DNA of 64,000 nucleotides from Eledone cirrhosa. Its lineage: Eukaryota. The stretch is taken from contig CAXHJY010000830.1 in the NCBI GenBank assembly GCA_964016885.1, positions 124,001 to 188,000 on the forward strand, in the 5' to 3' direction. The position numbers and the translations under genes were made by a program. Under the pieces are notes generated by a model, which worked only from the letters and a program-made list of their open reading frames with translations, was not told where the DNA came from and made no database searches. Positions within the stretch are counted from its first letter, which is position 1; each line of letters starts with the position of its first letter. This document shows positions 1 through 14,995 of the stretch, piece after piece.

Positions 1-125
1 AGTACTTTATTTTATCAGTTCCAGAAGGATGAAGGGTAAAGTCCACTTCAATAGAATTAGAACATAGATCTAGAACAAATATGAAGAAGACATTTTGTCT
101 AATGCTCTAACAACTCTACCAACCC
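1..125 (-). mobile_element. tRNA-derived SINE family A fragment
   Basis: Starts agtactttattttatcagttccagaaggatgaagggtaaagtc, the reverse complement of the recurrent ttcatcc...gataaaataaagtac core seen in many copies in this window. Confidence 0.6.
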
Positions 126-2015
126 ACAAGTATGCAGAATGACTACGATGACAACTAATATTTGATGCCATGACAACTGAAATGCATAAATAGCATGTAT
201 TTACTTATATTTTAAGCACATCAGTTGTCAGCAGGCATTCATTCTTATTAAATATATCATATTAATTCTATTGTATTGCAAACACTATAAATTCAATAGT
301 TAATTTAAGCATCTATCTTGTTTATCCAATATGGTATTATTCCTACATAAATTTGTTTGATATTACATTTAAAATGTGTAATTTCTGTTTATATTTTATA
401 ATACTATTGCCAGATAATTGGATATCAAGAAAGTTTGCTATAAAATAGGTTAGCCAAACACTAAAATTAGAAAGAAAAAAATCAACAAAGAAGCAATTGA
501 CCTTTATTAAATCTATGGATCTCAGTTAACCATTTTAAACTGTAGTTTTCTCTGACATAGAGAAGAAAACACTCCTTTAACTAAAATTCTATTTTCACAA
601 ACATTCTGTATCTAAATAAGTGTGTGTGTGTGTATTTTACCTTCAGGGATTTTGTTCAAAATGTGCTGTTTAAAACAAGATAAAAATTCAGTGTTTCTTA
701 GAACAAAGAGGGAAAGAGAACTTAATACAAACATAAAAATTCTACTTTATTCAAGCATGTCTAATCAATAATTCTTTGAACGATGATGAAACATCAAAGT
801 TTGCTTACTTTGCATTACTATTGAAATTGAGCCATAGATGTTGCCAACCAAAACTCAAATTGCTACCCTAAAAAATCATTATTAATCTGTCAAATGCTGG
901 AGATCAAATATTTTTCTAAGCTGACATGTGTTGCTATGGTAAACAGGTGAAATCATTTCACATGATGATTGGGAAATATCACAGAAAAAATATAAGGCCC
1001 ATTATTTGCTTGTTTTTTTTTTTATTTAATTACATAAGTTGAGCTTTGATTATATTCTTCATCATTTGTGTGACTTTATCAGCAACTAATTTTAATCAAT
1101 TATTTGTTACATGCTAAAATAATATCCATATTCTTAACTCTTCATCTATTTCAGTTCCAACTAAAATGAATGAATAAATAAATAAACAAACAGAAAATAT
1201 GACGATTGAATTAATAAAAAGTTAGAGAATATAAAGCTTTGAAATAAGAAACAGAAGAAAAAATAAATCAAAGGGATTAATCAGGATATTTGATTATCTT
1301 GGCCATGTCAAATCTTGACAGATCATTAAAGAAAAGTTCTATGGATACCAAGAAAAGGTGATAATTAGAACATCCAAGATAGCTGTGACCTATGAACCCT
1401 TAGAAGTTCTACTTAAAAACAATCTTAAAGATGTAAATGTGCAAAGTAGCTGGAAATACACAGAATATACTGCATGGAAATGTGATATTCATTGATAAGA
1501 GAAAAGCAGAGATCTGTAAGAAGCAATTTATCAAAATTCAGTGTTGATACAAAACTGAGAGTGACAAGAAGACATGGAAAATAGAATATATAGGATGGAA
1601 CACATATAAACTGAAAAATGATTAAACGTAGATCAATACTGAAGTAGCAGAAAGATATATGGCAGAGATATATACTTTCAATGTAGATCCATATTACCAA
1701 ATAACATTGATTTTACTGCCTAGAAGGGCAACCAACCAGTAGAATGTAAGAGAAAAACAGCAAAAGAATTGTTGCAAGTGGTTCTTAAAAGCAAGATTAA
1801 AGTATAATGACAACCACCACAAGCTTTTACTCTCTTGCTCTCTCTCTCGCACACACACACACACATACACCATATTATGAGAAGGGTATGTAGTTAAGAT
1901 GGGAAATATAGCTGCATGCATTTTAGGAATGCATTTATATGCATGAATATGCACAAATATACACGTGTACAAACATATCTTAACATGGATAAAAGAATAT
2001 AGGAGACATTTCAAA

Positions 2016-2068
<53 letters not shown>

Positions 2069-2332
2069 TATAGATCTATATATATAGAGAGCGATACACA
2101 CACACACACATAAATATATATTTATTAAAATAATAGAGAGAGAGAGAGAGAGAGTCTGCAGTGCTGAAACCGAGGAAACCACTAAATATGGGAGTACGCA
2201 ATGCATGGGGAGATGCAAACTGGGTATAGAGATATATAAAATCCTGACTGTGGTTGCCAAGTGGTTTCGGCTTGTGTGATCAGCTGAACACACGAGCCAA
2301 AACCATTAGCACCATGGTCAGGATTTTACATA

Positions 2333-2367
<35 letters not shown>

Positions 2368-2874
2368 AAATGATTGCCATCATTTTAACGTATGCTTTCC
2401 CTGCTTGCAAAGGCTAGACAGATCGATACAAACCAATCCAGTACTGAAGTGAAACCACTGCACTGATCACCCAGGTAGGTCAGGGATCATATGTAAGGTC
2501 CCACACATTCCATCAACTGCTCAGGAGAGGTTGTCATGCTTTTCACACAACTGAGGGCTCTTCTAACCCTTTGTTTGGCAAGATTTCTATGGCTTGATGC
2601 CCTTCCTATCACCAACCCTTTACAGCAAGTACTGGATGAGTTTATCATGTATATGTATTTCCCAGTAAAATGAATAAATGCTAAATATGCTTAATTAATT
2701 GTTGAATCTAGTGCAGCTCCTCATCAGATGGTATATATATCATCTAAACCACAAGGAAATATATAATCAAGGGACTTATATCTATATATATATATAGTAG
2801 TGAGATAACAAATACTGTGTAAATATGTATAATCTTTATCATAAATATTTTTATATATATATATATATATATAT

Positions 2875-3123
2875 CGTGTAGGTGTCACGACAAAAAACAC
2901 ACAGTCCACGCTGTAATGTGGCCATGTAGGTAACACGGTAAAAACCTCCCAGTCCACACTGTAAACGTGGTTGGTGTTAGGGAGGGAATCCAGCCATAGA
3001 AAACCCGCCAGACAGTCCTATACGAGCAAGACAACCAATCTTGCCTCAAGTAGGAAAATTCCCATCCAAACGCATGCAAGCGTGGAAGATGGACGTTAAA
3101 CGATGATGATGATGATGATGATA
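2875..3123 (+). mobile_element. RTE LINE 3'UTR fragment with (GAT)n tail
   Basis: Closely matches the reverse complement of 19315-19550, the 3' end of the long RTE. Preceded by (TA)n and ends gatgatgatgat. Confidence 0.85.
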
Positions 3124-3789
3124 TATGGATTCAACACCTGCTAGCAGAGAAAATGGACATTAAATGATCATGCTGATGACCATTTATTTATCCAGCTAAC
3201 AAGGGACAATATATGTGCAAATATGATCGTGTGTGTGTGCCTTTGTAATGCACAGGGAAATATAACTTAAGAGTTAACATTAAGTATAAAAATCCATACA
3301 TAGTGGCATAAAGCTCTCACTGTTGACTATATGAGTTGAACACTCTGAATTGTCAGAGTTAATAAACAGAAGAAGGAAACATTTCTGCTCCATCTTCTTT
3401 AGACCGAAGAGAAGGACTGGTGTGTTGGAAAACACACACAAAAATAGAGATAGAGGTAGGAGAGAGAGGGTGAGAGAGGAAGGGAGAAATAGGAAAGAGG
3501 GGGGGGGGAGAAAGAGGGAGAGAAGGGGAAGAAAGAGAGAGAGAGAGAGGGGGAGAAAGAGAGAAGGAGAGAGTGAAACTAAAATGCAAGACGTGTATAT
3601 GAAAAAAAAAGAAGCTAAGAGTAAATTATGAAAAGTTATGACAAATCTGAAATTGCAACTGTGTCACAGAATTAACCCAATATAACAGAAAAGATTTTAT
3701 CTCAGTAAACTAAGGGAAAGATTATAATCAAAACTAAAAGCAGCAATACTTGCAAAAGGGTTTAAAAATACAAACTTCTATTTCTTTTT

Positions 3790-4215
3790 CAAATGAAATG
3801 TCTCTTCTTCTTTAGCTGGTTTCAACCCAGGCCACAGTGAGAAAGTCCATCTGGTGCACATACATCTTGGTCCAACATCACGGCCTTGAGGTCCTGCACA
3901 GTCCAGGCCAGTGTCTTTGATCAGACTGTCAATGTATGTGTACCAGTGTTTTTGTCTCCTTACAACTTCATGAAATGGGCTCCAAAGGACTAACTTGGAT
4001 GCCTCCTGTCCAGGGTGTCGTACAATGACAAGATATGCAAAGCTGTCATTGCCTGATCTCTGATCTTTTCACCAACTTTTGGCAGGTCTCCATAAAAGCA
4101 TTTATTTGTTATATGTTGCTGCCATTTCACATTAAGGGCGATTTGTAGCATCCTTGTGTAGCAGCCATTTAGCCCACTTGTTAACTTCTCAGTCAGTTTC
4201 CATGTTTTCCTGACA
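3790..4215 (-). mobile_element. Degraded RTE-group LINE, C-terminal coding fragment (different family from the long copies)
   Basis: ORF 3990-4226 reads TWKLTEKLTSGLNGCYTRMLQIALNVKWQQHITN..YGDLPKVGEKIR, typical of the post-RT region of RTE/RTE-X proteins. Confidence 0.75.
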
Positions 4216-5296
4216 TACAATGCCATAATTTTCTTCTAAACTTTTATGTATCTATTTTACACTTGTCAATTTTTTTTCTGATTTATCTTATATAATCCCT
4301 TTAACCCTTTCACTATCATAGTTCTAAGCTATTGCCATTTAGAAAATAATCAAGAAAATAGAGCGATTTTACTATATAACTTTCTCCTTGTTAAGCTGGT
4401 GTTAGGAGCATATCTTAAATGTTCTTAGATAAAATTATGATGGCAGTATTTTAGATAAACATTTATCACTTTAAAATATATAGCTTAGTGCCATAGAACT
4501 AGGAATGGTCTCATGTAGTTTGGTATGAAAGGGGTTAAACTGAGAAGAAATTACACATCATCATCTCGGAAATAATTTTCTACAAATTTCATGAAATAGT
4601 GGCTCATGAGCAGTATTTCCCTTTAATACTATTGAACAACAGGAAGCAAGAAACCCAATGAGGAAATGGAATACTTTTCTATCAGTTTGATCCAACCGCA
4701 AAATAAAGGTTTAAGCCCAGAGAAACTTCCTTTTCAAGATGAAACGCAATGGTGTTCCAGTCATTACCATCAAAATCCCGGCTCTTAAGTCATCTCTATT
4801 AACATTAACGACTCTTTCTCTCCTAAACACACACATGCACAGCAACATCTTCAATCTGTACTAAACCATATGCTCAATTAAACTGTTATAATATAAATTG
4901 CAGTTTTATAATGTACTTTAAAGAATCCTTATTTCCTTTTACAGTAGATTGTATTTTTCAAAGCAGAAATGTAGAAATAACACGATTTTGAGTAAATAAA
5001 AATGTGTGTGTGTGTGTATGAGAGAGGTAGAGAGAGAGAGAGAGAAACAGAGATATCCTAAAGAATTAGGGGTACTAAATTTAGAGATTAGTAAAGTTTT
5101 ACAATGTGTGCTGTTGCACTTCAACTGAAAAACAGCAAATAGAATGACTAGCTGAAAAAAGTAGGATTTTCTGTGTCCCAGGTAGCAAGGTGTGTGGAAG
5201 GAAATGTTCTTCAGGCACCTGTATATGTACAGTAATATATTCTTCACATAGCAACATCTATAGAATAACATTCTGTCTGGGCCGCATTGTATGTTC

Positions 5297-5484
5297 GAAT
5301 GTCAGCTGAATAGTTCATAGGCTGACCAAGATACTCTCATGGAATTACTAAGAGAGGTTTATTATACAACATAGCCCCTAGAAAGAAACAATGCACTTAT
5401 TAAAAGAAGAGTTGAAATTGATGCATGCAAGATTTCACAGTCCTGGTATCACTCCTTCATATAAACTTATCAGCAGACTCTCAT
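5297..5484. mobile_element. Mariner-like MITE, degraded; same family as 18243-18457 in opposite orientation
   Basis: gctgaatagttcataggctgaccaagatactctcat matches the reverse complement of 18395-18432; the internal tgcatgcaagatttca is also shared. Confidence 0.7.
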
Positions 5485-5889
5485 AGAAAAGCCTGTTCTT
5501 CTGGCAGCAGTGTATGTAGAAAAGTGTTTTTATATATTAGGGACCCATGAAAATATGGTGAATGGTTGGTAAAAATCCATTCAGTCAATACACCTGTCAA
5601 TTAAAGCTGAATACCTGAGATTGTGTAGTAGCCTTGTTGATACAATATGAAATAACTTGAGATATTACACACTACTACCTGTGGATACAAAGAAGGATTA
5701 GATAAAGATATGTCAATACTTTTGAACGGTTTCAGAACGATCCAAAACAAAGCTTACAGCAAATAATTTGGAAGATGACAAAATTAATGAAACACTCAAT
5801 GTAAGGTATATTAGAAAAGACATCTGGCATATGGGAAAGTAAGCAAAGACTATCAATAAGGACTTTATTAACCTTATAAGGCAGTAATG

Positions 5890-6113
5890 TTGGTGCCACA
5901 AAAAAGCACCCAGTCCTCCCTGTAGAGTAGTAGTGACAAAGGCAGGATAAAATGCTCCCAATGTACACTGTAAAGTGGCTGGCTTTAGCAAAAGCATACA
6001 ACAATAGAGTCCAAGCCCCAAACGGACCTTACAAGTAAGTTTAGACTCAGTATATGACAACCTGTCTAACCTATTCAAGCATGGAAATAGACAATATACA
6101 GTAATGATGATGG
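5890..6113 (+). mobile_element. Degraded RTE 3'UTR-like / short retroposon copy
   Basis: Contains aaaaagcacccagtc...tacactgtaaagtgg...agcatggaaatagac...gatgatg motifs shared with the RTE 3'UTRs. Confidence 0.55.
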
Positions 6114-7434
6114 ATAGATGAATGTGTTTGCATAGAAATTAAGGACTTCAAGACTTAAAATGGTTTCAAAACATCCCTTAAATGAATGAGCAACAGAGTT
6201 TTCTGAATCTCTCTGTGAACATGAAGGACATCCATTAACCTATTTGTTTTCAGTTGAGGCTTATTCTGTCCACTCAAAATATACAAAGATTATCTCCCTT
6301 TCTAAATCTCTCTTATACTTAAGATACCAAGCATATCTCCAAAATGGTGACACACATGTTTTGTTTCTCAAAATAATGTTTTCCTTCCCCTTCTCACTCT
6401 TCCTATTTCATACTTTATTTCTCATCCTATCTTCTGATGAAAATAGTATCGAAAATGTAAAGACTCTTATCCTTATATATCAAGCATTAAACTAATATAT
6501 ATCTTCACTGTACTGTGTTGTTTGCTTTGTTATTTCTATTTACTTCTTGGATATAAATATATATATATGACATATATATATATATCATCATCATCATCAT
6601 CATTGTTTTAATGTCCACTTTCCCTGCTAGCAAGGATTCCACACCTTCAAGTAATAAATTAATAAATAACAATTGCTTGATCTTTCCTGGTCAGATATAT
6701 TTATCAATGAATGATAAATTTGATGACAAGCCTTCTTCAGAAAATATCCTATCCATTCTGGACAATCAGGTGAATAGAAGCATAAAACATAAACGTGTCA
6801 TGACTAGAAAGGCATAATGAAACACAAGGGATGAATTTCAACACAAACACAAAGTGCTAGTTGAATGCATTAATACTATCTACACACCATTCTCATAGCT
6901 ATATACACAGACACACACATACACAAATATATAGCATCACCATCATTTTATGGCCACTTTTCCATGCTGATTTGAATATTGCTATTTTACATCCTCTTTC
7001 CCTAGCGCTCTCTCTCTCTCTCATAAAAACAGGTAATCGTGCTAGATAGCTGAATAGTAAGAATAAGTTAGATTTCCTCAATCTGGAAAGCAATGGAGGC
7101 AAATCACTATCTATAGTTTCCCTAACCATGGATAAGAGACAGAGTCTCTCTATATGATCACTAAACTAGTAGAAATAGAAGCCAAATACCCATCAAACAA
7201 ACTCATACAACCTTAAATAAGAAAAGATACATTTAATGATGTAGTTCAATATAACCCTGAATAGCCGAGATGGTCACAGAAGAAATGCTTTTGTTTATAT
7301 GTCTGCTCAATAAGAGATTTGGAGCTAACAACGACTTCGGATTTTTCGCGGGAGGGGTTCTTCAATGCTTCTCAGTGCAGCACCAAATGTGCATGTGTGC
7401 ACTTAACATATGGATCAGTCTCACTGTTATTGTT

Positions 7435-7850
7435 GTTGGTAATAATGGTTTTTGATTTAGGCACAAGGCCAACAATTTTAGGAGAGGGGAAAGTCAATTA
7501 AATTGACCCTGGTGCATTACAGGTGCTTTACGTTATCGACTCCGTCAGGATAAAAGGCAAAGCTAACCTCAGCAGGATTTGAACTCATGTTTTCCGATGC
7601 TCTACCAATACTGCCAATCCACCGTTGTTGTTGTTGGTAATAATTGTTTCTACTTTTGGCACAAGGCCACCAATTATCCCAGTGTATTACTGGTACTTTA
7701 TTTTATCGACCCCGTAAGGATGAAAGGCAAAGTTAACCTCGGCGGGATTTGAACTCAGACCATAAAGGGCCGTAACTCTTTGCTGCAAAGCATGGCGTCC
7801 TACCCTCTACTGATACTGCCAATCCACCACCGTTGTTGTTGGTAATAATG
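7435..7850 (-). mobile_element. Two tandem copies of tRNA-derived SINE family A
   Basis: 7435-7625 and 7635-7830 each show ggcacaaggcc...ttatcgac(c/t)ccgt..ggat(g/a)aaaggcaaag.taacctc...ggatttgaactca (B-box on minus)...ctgccaatccaccg (A-box region on minus). Confidence 0.85.
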
Positions 7851-8924
7851 CAATGCAATAATAATTTGTTTTTATTCCTAGTTTTCCAAATTAGTTAAAA
7901 AGGAAATCTTAAATGTTATTAAACATCAATGATCTGTTATTATACATACAAGATCCTGGAAATGTGAACAGTTTCGATCAGTTTAAACTTCCCAAGAAGC
8001 TTTACAAAATTGTATAAACATGCTTAAGAATATGCATCAATATGTGGTCAGATTGTGTTTCTTTTGATTTATTATGAAGCTAACGTATTTGTAGCTCTGT
8101 ACTTTGCCTCAAGTGGTCTCTATTCATCACAATATTTTTAACATTTTAACAAATCTTGAAATTTTGGAGAAATTTAAGCAATAGTAAGATTGGCAAAATA
8201 TAGTCAAGTGGTATAAAATTCCTTATTCGCCAAATACCAAACACAAGAGGAAGCTTGTGGTAGTATTGAATTCTTCTAACATACACAGTGACCACTAGCT
8301 GAAACAAATAAAAGAGTGTGTTCTAAATTTTCTCCTAAAAGATGGCATTGACCAAGGATTCCTTAGCATGATGTTTAATGCATTCACCTAACATCAATGT
8401 GATGCAAGGTTCGATTCCTCAGAAGTGCCCCAATCCATGTTTACCCATCACCATGGATATTCTATATCTCCAAGGACTATTATTTATAGTTAACAACTAT
8501 TATTATAGTTATCTGCATTGGGATCACATTTCAAATGTAAAATTGTTCACATGTTTCTTATGTCAACTGTGTGTATACAATTCTGTAGGGCTTAAAATCT
8601 AAAAGATAGCAATGAGTGGACAAGGTTTCATATGTGTTATGGTTCCCACACTCACTTGACACTCCAGAGATAGGTGTTTGATTTCTCACAGGTGTCTCTG
8701 TCCATGTTTTCCCATCTTCAGGTATATAAAAGCAGATTTTTAAAAAAGTATTATTTATAATGAACCATTATAATCATCTAGATTGGAATGACTACATTTC
8801 ATGTTTGCAGTGATTGGACAGGTCTCTTTCAGCATAGCCTGCATCCACTTGTGTTTCTTCAACATCTCCTGTATGTGTGTGCGTGTATGTATATATGCAC
8901 GTATGTATGTATGTGCATATATGA

Positions 8925-9030
8925 GAGTTTACAACCACATGGATTCTGATTTAGACCCACTATGTAGTATTTCAGACAAAAGTTTTCTACTATAGACTTT
9001 CATAAATTAAATCTGTATGGAAGTTAGTTA

Positions 9031-9070
<40 letters not shown>

Positions 9071-9240
9071 CCTGTGTATGTGTCTCCATGACATTTTGCT
9101 AAGTCCCATAACTTAACAGTTCAACAAAAAGAGATCAATAAAATAAGTGCTCTCATTTGATATTATCAGCTAAATCTCTTCAAGGTGATGCTCAAGCCTG
9201 GCCACAAACAATCTAATGACTGAAACCAGCAAAAGAATAA
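8925..9240 (+). mobile_element. Degraded SINE family C copy with internal (TG)n
   Basis: caaccacatggattctgatttagacccact...(tg)n...taatgactgaaaccagcaaaagaataa, homologous to 40300-40690. Confidence 0.55.
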
Positions 9241-10364
9241 AATACATATGAATGTACATATGCTCACATCAGATGTTTTCATTTATTTAATTAACACATC
9301 AACAAAAATGCATTTGAATATGTATGAGACTAGAGATGCATTAGCAATATAATGTTCATTGATAGGTTAATTAACTTTTAAAATAGTATTATATATCTTT
9401 GATATAAAAATCAATACTTATTTCAACTATGAGTCATTTTCAAAACAAGTATAGGTTGAAAATTCTAAACATATTTCAATGTTATCTAGCAAAGATGAAC
9501 ATGTATTAAATAGAGATATATTGAACTATATGATTGTAGATTGGCAATCAATAAAATTAAACAGAAGAAAAGTAGGGTACATATATGATCATTCTTGTTT
9601 TTATCATTTTAATGGCGAACAGCAAAACAGCCAAAAGTGCATGTATAAAACTTGCTAATTTCAATTCTACTTCAAGCTAACAATTGTTGAAACACCCTGT
9701 ACTTTTGGTTCCCGTCTGCCATTGGCAGTTCTTCATGGTAACTCTTTTGCTATCTTATCTGCAGAGCATAACTGAAGTGTGCTGTCCATTGCAAGGTGAA
9801 AAGTTTATATTTTTTTCCTTTGGTTTTTCAGTATATATTTAATAAACTTATCAACTTATAGATTTTTAAAAGTTCGAAGAGAATACAGTAAAATTCTCTC
9901 TTAATGAAAGATATATACTAATTTATCATATCTAAGCTAATTATAAGCTAATATCTAAGCTAATCATTACAAATAAATATGACACCACAAATGTCAGTCC
10001 AGGAATCCGGTCACCTTTCTTTTTCTACTCACTACCTTTGTACAGCTTCACCTTGGATTCTGCTGCCTAATGCGGTAACATCGTACTAAAATACTATGAG
10101 GATTAAAGCACCCACATGTCAATGATGAAAAAAAGGGAAAAGAAGCTAAAACAAAAAGCAAATAAATAAAAATAAATAGTGTGACAACCTTTAGTTACTT
10201 TGATCACCTCAAAAAGCTTACTATTCCTTCCAATGCAACTAAGAATACGATATTTGTGCAATGTGGCAAATATTCCAACAGAAACACACAAATAATTTTT
10301 GCATTGCAGGACTTCCATGTTATATGTCAGCTATAAAGATTTAAATCATATTCATAACTACATT

Positions 10365-10560
10365 GCAACAATGTTCTTTACCAGAAGTTGCCATGCTCTA
10401 TTCTTCACCATCCTCAACCAAATCCAAGAAGAAAATGACTTCATATCTTTCAAACAATACTTACATAAATTCGTCTCAGAAATATCAGCTAAGCCATTGA
10501 TACCCAGATGTGTTTTGGCCAACAACTGCCTACTCAGGCAGGCTGTTATCCCAAAATAAG
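10365..10560 (+). mobile_element. Ancient CR1/L2-group LINE 3' coding remnant
   Basis: Translation HALFFTILNQIQEENDFISFKQYLHKFVSEISAKPLIPR..NNCL resembles the CR1-group C-terminal pattern LFNxLP..FKxxLDxFLxxIPDxP. Confidence 0.5.
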
Positions 10561-12899
10561 GATTAAAAAGACTTCATCAGACATGGGATGGGCCAATCCT
10601 GATTAAAATAATATAGTTTATGCAAGTTTATCTAACAACCCAAAGAATCAATACACTACACTATTGTTGCATAATTTGGTTGAAAGTCTTTTGTGAAGGA
10701 CAGATAGATAGATCTCTATGTTATTTAGATTAGTAAATGAAATCTGCTTTCTTGATGATTAATTTTTTTAATTGAAAATAAAGTAGTATGCAAATATTGC
10801 TAGCAATTTAAATATTTAATGTTATCTTTGATGACATTAGCATCTGTTAATAATACTAACAACTCTTTACAATAAAACATTAGCTCATATATTTTCATGT
10901 TTTTCATTTTATTTCCTTTTAAATCTTTTTATCTATGAACAAGCTGGAATTACCTTATGAATAATGTTACGTTGGCGTAAATTATGTCAAGAAGTTTTAT
11001 GACTGAATAAACTTGAAATTTCATTTTTACAGCTTTGCCTGCAAACCTCTTAAATAGAAAATGGTACAGAATCTTTGATCCCATACATGAGAAATTTCTC
11101 TGCAGCGAGGAAAATGGAATCAATGTCACTAAGTCAAAATAGAGTTAAAAACAAAACAAGAAACATGAGTTTCATTCCATAATGGGCAAGTATAAAAAAA
11201 ATCCATCAGACTTAATTCTCATGTAACATTAATAGAGCTGTTCATCACTGTAACTCTATACAGTATACTAATTAGTTTAACACAAAAGTTATATTGAAAA
11301 TTAATATATCTCTATGAAAACATGTCACTTTTATGTGCTTTTTATTCATTTGCATACAAGCTAGAAAGCAAATTTTATTTCTATTAAATATTTTCAATAA
11401 ATATATATATACACATTAATACTCTTTCAGTCATCCAAAGAAGAATGTATGGAAATCCGAATTTTAGTTTCAAATTACATTCTTCTTTTAGCAATGCAGA
11501 TTTAAAACTATCAACGAGCTGCTTAATATACTTGCAGACATTATTTGGCATCTAAGACTTACATGTGATCATATTCTTCAACTAGAACTATTGAGTAAAA
11601 TATAATTTTCAATATGTTTACAAAATTTAGTGTTTTCACTTTCATCATATATACACAAAATATCTATAATCTATATACTAGTTAATTCTACTAGATAAAT
11701 TTGTTTTCAGTGAATTTTCCCTATCTGTCTGCATAGATATCATCTACAATCTTGCATGCAGATTTCATCCGGAAACAACTTCAACACTTTGCAGCAGATA
11801 TTCATATTTCGTGCAAAGAGTGACCTTGTAAACATCCTGTAATTGGAGATATGGAAATCAAGCATCATTCAACAGCACCAAAACACAGATGCAGAATATC
11901 TTAAGAAATAAATAAACAAACAAAAAACATGTCAAAACATCACATTTTAATTACGCATGTAGAGCTAAAATTACATAATTACCGACAATACTACATACCT
12001 TACTATCTCAGCTGTCCTATGTTGAAAGAAAACTTGTAAACATAAAGGAAGTTTCAAACCAGACTAAAGAGACCTCAGCTTTTCCAACAACTATTGATCA
12101 AATATAATTTACAAGATCAATCTACACAAAAATACTGATGGCATAGCTGAGACAAATTTCTTACAAGACTCACACTCATTTTATAGAACCTGTCTTCCTT
12201 GAAATCAATCCACCTGCTAGATAAACTATCAGTCACTTGAATAATTTCCTCATCACTAAAGTGTATATCTACTCTGTCCTTTCTGTTACAATTGTAATAT
12301 AACCTGCCATGAACATAAAACTGTTTAATATTCCAATCTAACTCTATTTGACTTTATCTTTTCTCCTTTTGTCTTCTATACTTTTCAAGCTGTGAGTATT
12401 TTAATACTAGCCAGTCGCTACATTGGCTTTTAACAGGAAAGGTTTGTTTACAGAATCTAGAAAACTTTACTAACGAATGCTGAAATGTATGTATACACTA
12501 GCCTTAGCTCATACCAAGATAGCAGTGATATGATTACAGCTTAAAATACAGTGGAATTAAATATATGCATGACATAGTTATATTATATCAAGAATAACAT
12601 ATATTACATGGATCTTAATACAATACAATATAATATCATCCACATCATTTTCCTGTTTGTTTTTCCTTGCTATCTTTGGTTGGATGAGAATCTTTTTCAG
12701 GTAGTATTCTTCAGCACGATGCCATTTGATGACAAGACTTATTTATGGTTATGTACAGCACTGGTCTTCTCATATCAGATCAATGAGCAGTGAGATTTCT
12801 GTTTAAGCAGGATATATATACAAACGTCACTGTTAGCGGAAGCAGTGTCAACTGTTAATTAAAGGCATGGCGACAAACACAGCATCCACAAACACTACA

Positions 12900-13055
12900 T
12901 GAGCAGCTTCTAAACTGTTTAACCAATTCACTCACAAGGTATTCATTGGTCAGCCAGATGTTGTAGCAGATGATACTTGTCCAAGATACCATGCAATGGG
13001 ATAAAATCTGAAACCACGTGGTGACAAAGACAAATTTTTAGCCACAGTCATGCGT
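12900..13055 (-). mobile_element. SINE family C fragment
   Basis: ttcactcacaagg...gatacttgtccaagataccatgcaatgggat...aaaccacgtggt...agccacagtcatg; homologues at 35020-35175 and 60530-60685. Confidence 0.6.
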
Positions 13056-13586
13056 GTACCAAATCATTTATATCCATTTTTCTATGCTTACAGGAGTTAA
13101 TATATTTTGCCATATTTCAGTAAAGGATACAAATTCCAGCAAGTTACAAATGACTCCTTATCACTGCCATTGTTAAAAATGCAGGAAACCAATATTGGCC
13201 TATTCAAAATCTGCAGTAACCAATAATGCTTATATTTTATATTATAAATTGTGGTATGAAATAGAAATAAAGTGCCTGTAAAAAATATCTATATTGGTAA
13301 ATAACATTTAAAATAATATATTGTACAATATATATTAGAAATATCAGCATAATTGCAGCCTGTGGTGTCTTTTGGTATTTCACTTGTTCTAACATGCCAT
13401 ATAAACAGTGTTTTGATTCATAAATCTCATTTAAAAGATCATCCTGGAAAAAAATAAAAACTTATAAGAAATCTTCATATAGCAGAAGATATCATTTGCA
13501 CTAAGTTATTTAACTTTAAAGTTAAATATTAAATTTAATCAAGTCTAATAATTTTGTGGGTATGTTTTGTGCATGTGTCTGTAAAT

Positions 13587-13633
<47 letters not shown>

Positions 13634-14242
13634 CAAACAAAAATACACACACATACATATATATATAAATAAATAAATATATATATACATATACAGAGAG
13701 AGAAGGGGGGGGGGGCAAAAACAAATGTGTTGATTCAAGAAATATACAGATTTGAGTTTAGCAAAAGGTCAAATACATCATTAAATTTTGTTAAAAGAGA
13801 AGATCAATAAGTGTGTGTGCATGTGTACATATGTATGGATGTTCATAAGCACACACACACATACATACACACAAACTTAAAGCTGTATTGAAATCATAAA
13901 CAAAATATCTGTTGCAGCTACATACTATCAGTTGAAAACAAGTTGGCTGAATTATATAAGCAAGTATTTATGAAAGATTCACATAAGTCTCTGGGGTACA
14001 ATATCAACTACAAAACCTCTGATAAATTGATATCTCTAATATGAAAAGTGGCAAGAAAATATACATATTGGGAATAGAAATGAAATGAAACCTCTCATAT
14101 GAGGTAAAAATCTGAAAATGTGGGTATGTAATACAAGATTACTATGAATACAAAATGTTGAAAATATGAAGAATATATAAATTACTTATGTTTTGGTTTC
14201 TTTGTTGTAAGCTTAAAATTGAAATGCATCACCTTATGCAAT

Positions 14243-14995
14243 TCATCATCATCATCATCATCATCATCAGGTTTAGCGTCCGTGTTCCACGCTTGCATGG
14301 GTTTGGACGGGGGTTTTCCCACTTGAGGCAAGAGTGGTTGTCTTGCTCGCATAGGACTGTCTGGCGGGTTTTCTACAGTTGGATGCCCTTCCTAACACTA
14401 ACCACATTTACAGTGTGGGGCTGGGAGGTTTTTACCGTGTTGCCTACACGGCCACATTACAGCATGGACTGTCTGGCGGGTTTTCTACAGCTGGATGCCC
14501 TTCCTAACACCAACCACATTTACAGTGTGGGACTGGGAGGTTTTTACCGTGTTGCCTACACGGCCACATTTACAGCGTGGACTGTGTGTTTTTTTGTCGT
14601 GACACCTACACGATCTCATTTGTTTCGGCCTGGATGTTGTGGGACCAACATAACTTTACATTGAAAGGGGCGGTGTGGGTGGGGTGGAGGTGGTGGGACG
14701 GGGGTGTGTTTTGATAGAGATGCCTACTGACTGTAGTAGGTTTTTACTTTGTATTTAGGTAAGGCGGGTCTTCTCTATTACTGAGTACCGCCAAAGGTCT
14801 CGGTCCAGTGACATTGTCTTGGAGAGGTGTAAGCGTGTGAGGTCGGAATTTATCAGCTCGTCCCATGTTTTTCTGGGTCTGCCTACTCCGTGGCTACCGT
14901 CTATCTTTATTGCCCTGCACTTTGTTATACAGCTGTCGTCTTTCATGCGCATCACGTGACCGTACCAACGTAGCCTTCTCTCGAGTAAACAACAT
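14243..14995 (-). mobile_element. 5'-truncated RTE LINE copy (ORF end plus 3'UTR) with an internal ~113-bp duplication
   Basis: Encodes CLLERRLRWYGHVMRMKDDSC...GRPRKTWDE and is near-identical to 19315-19925. Has an (ATC)n tail at 14243. Segment 14354-14466 is repeated at 14467-14580. Confidence 0.9.

Noticed and set aside
11650-11905. Possible coding exon in unique sequence
   Set aside because: All three minus-strand frames after the candidate acceptor hit stops, and no recognisable protein motif is present.
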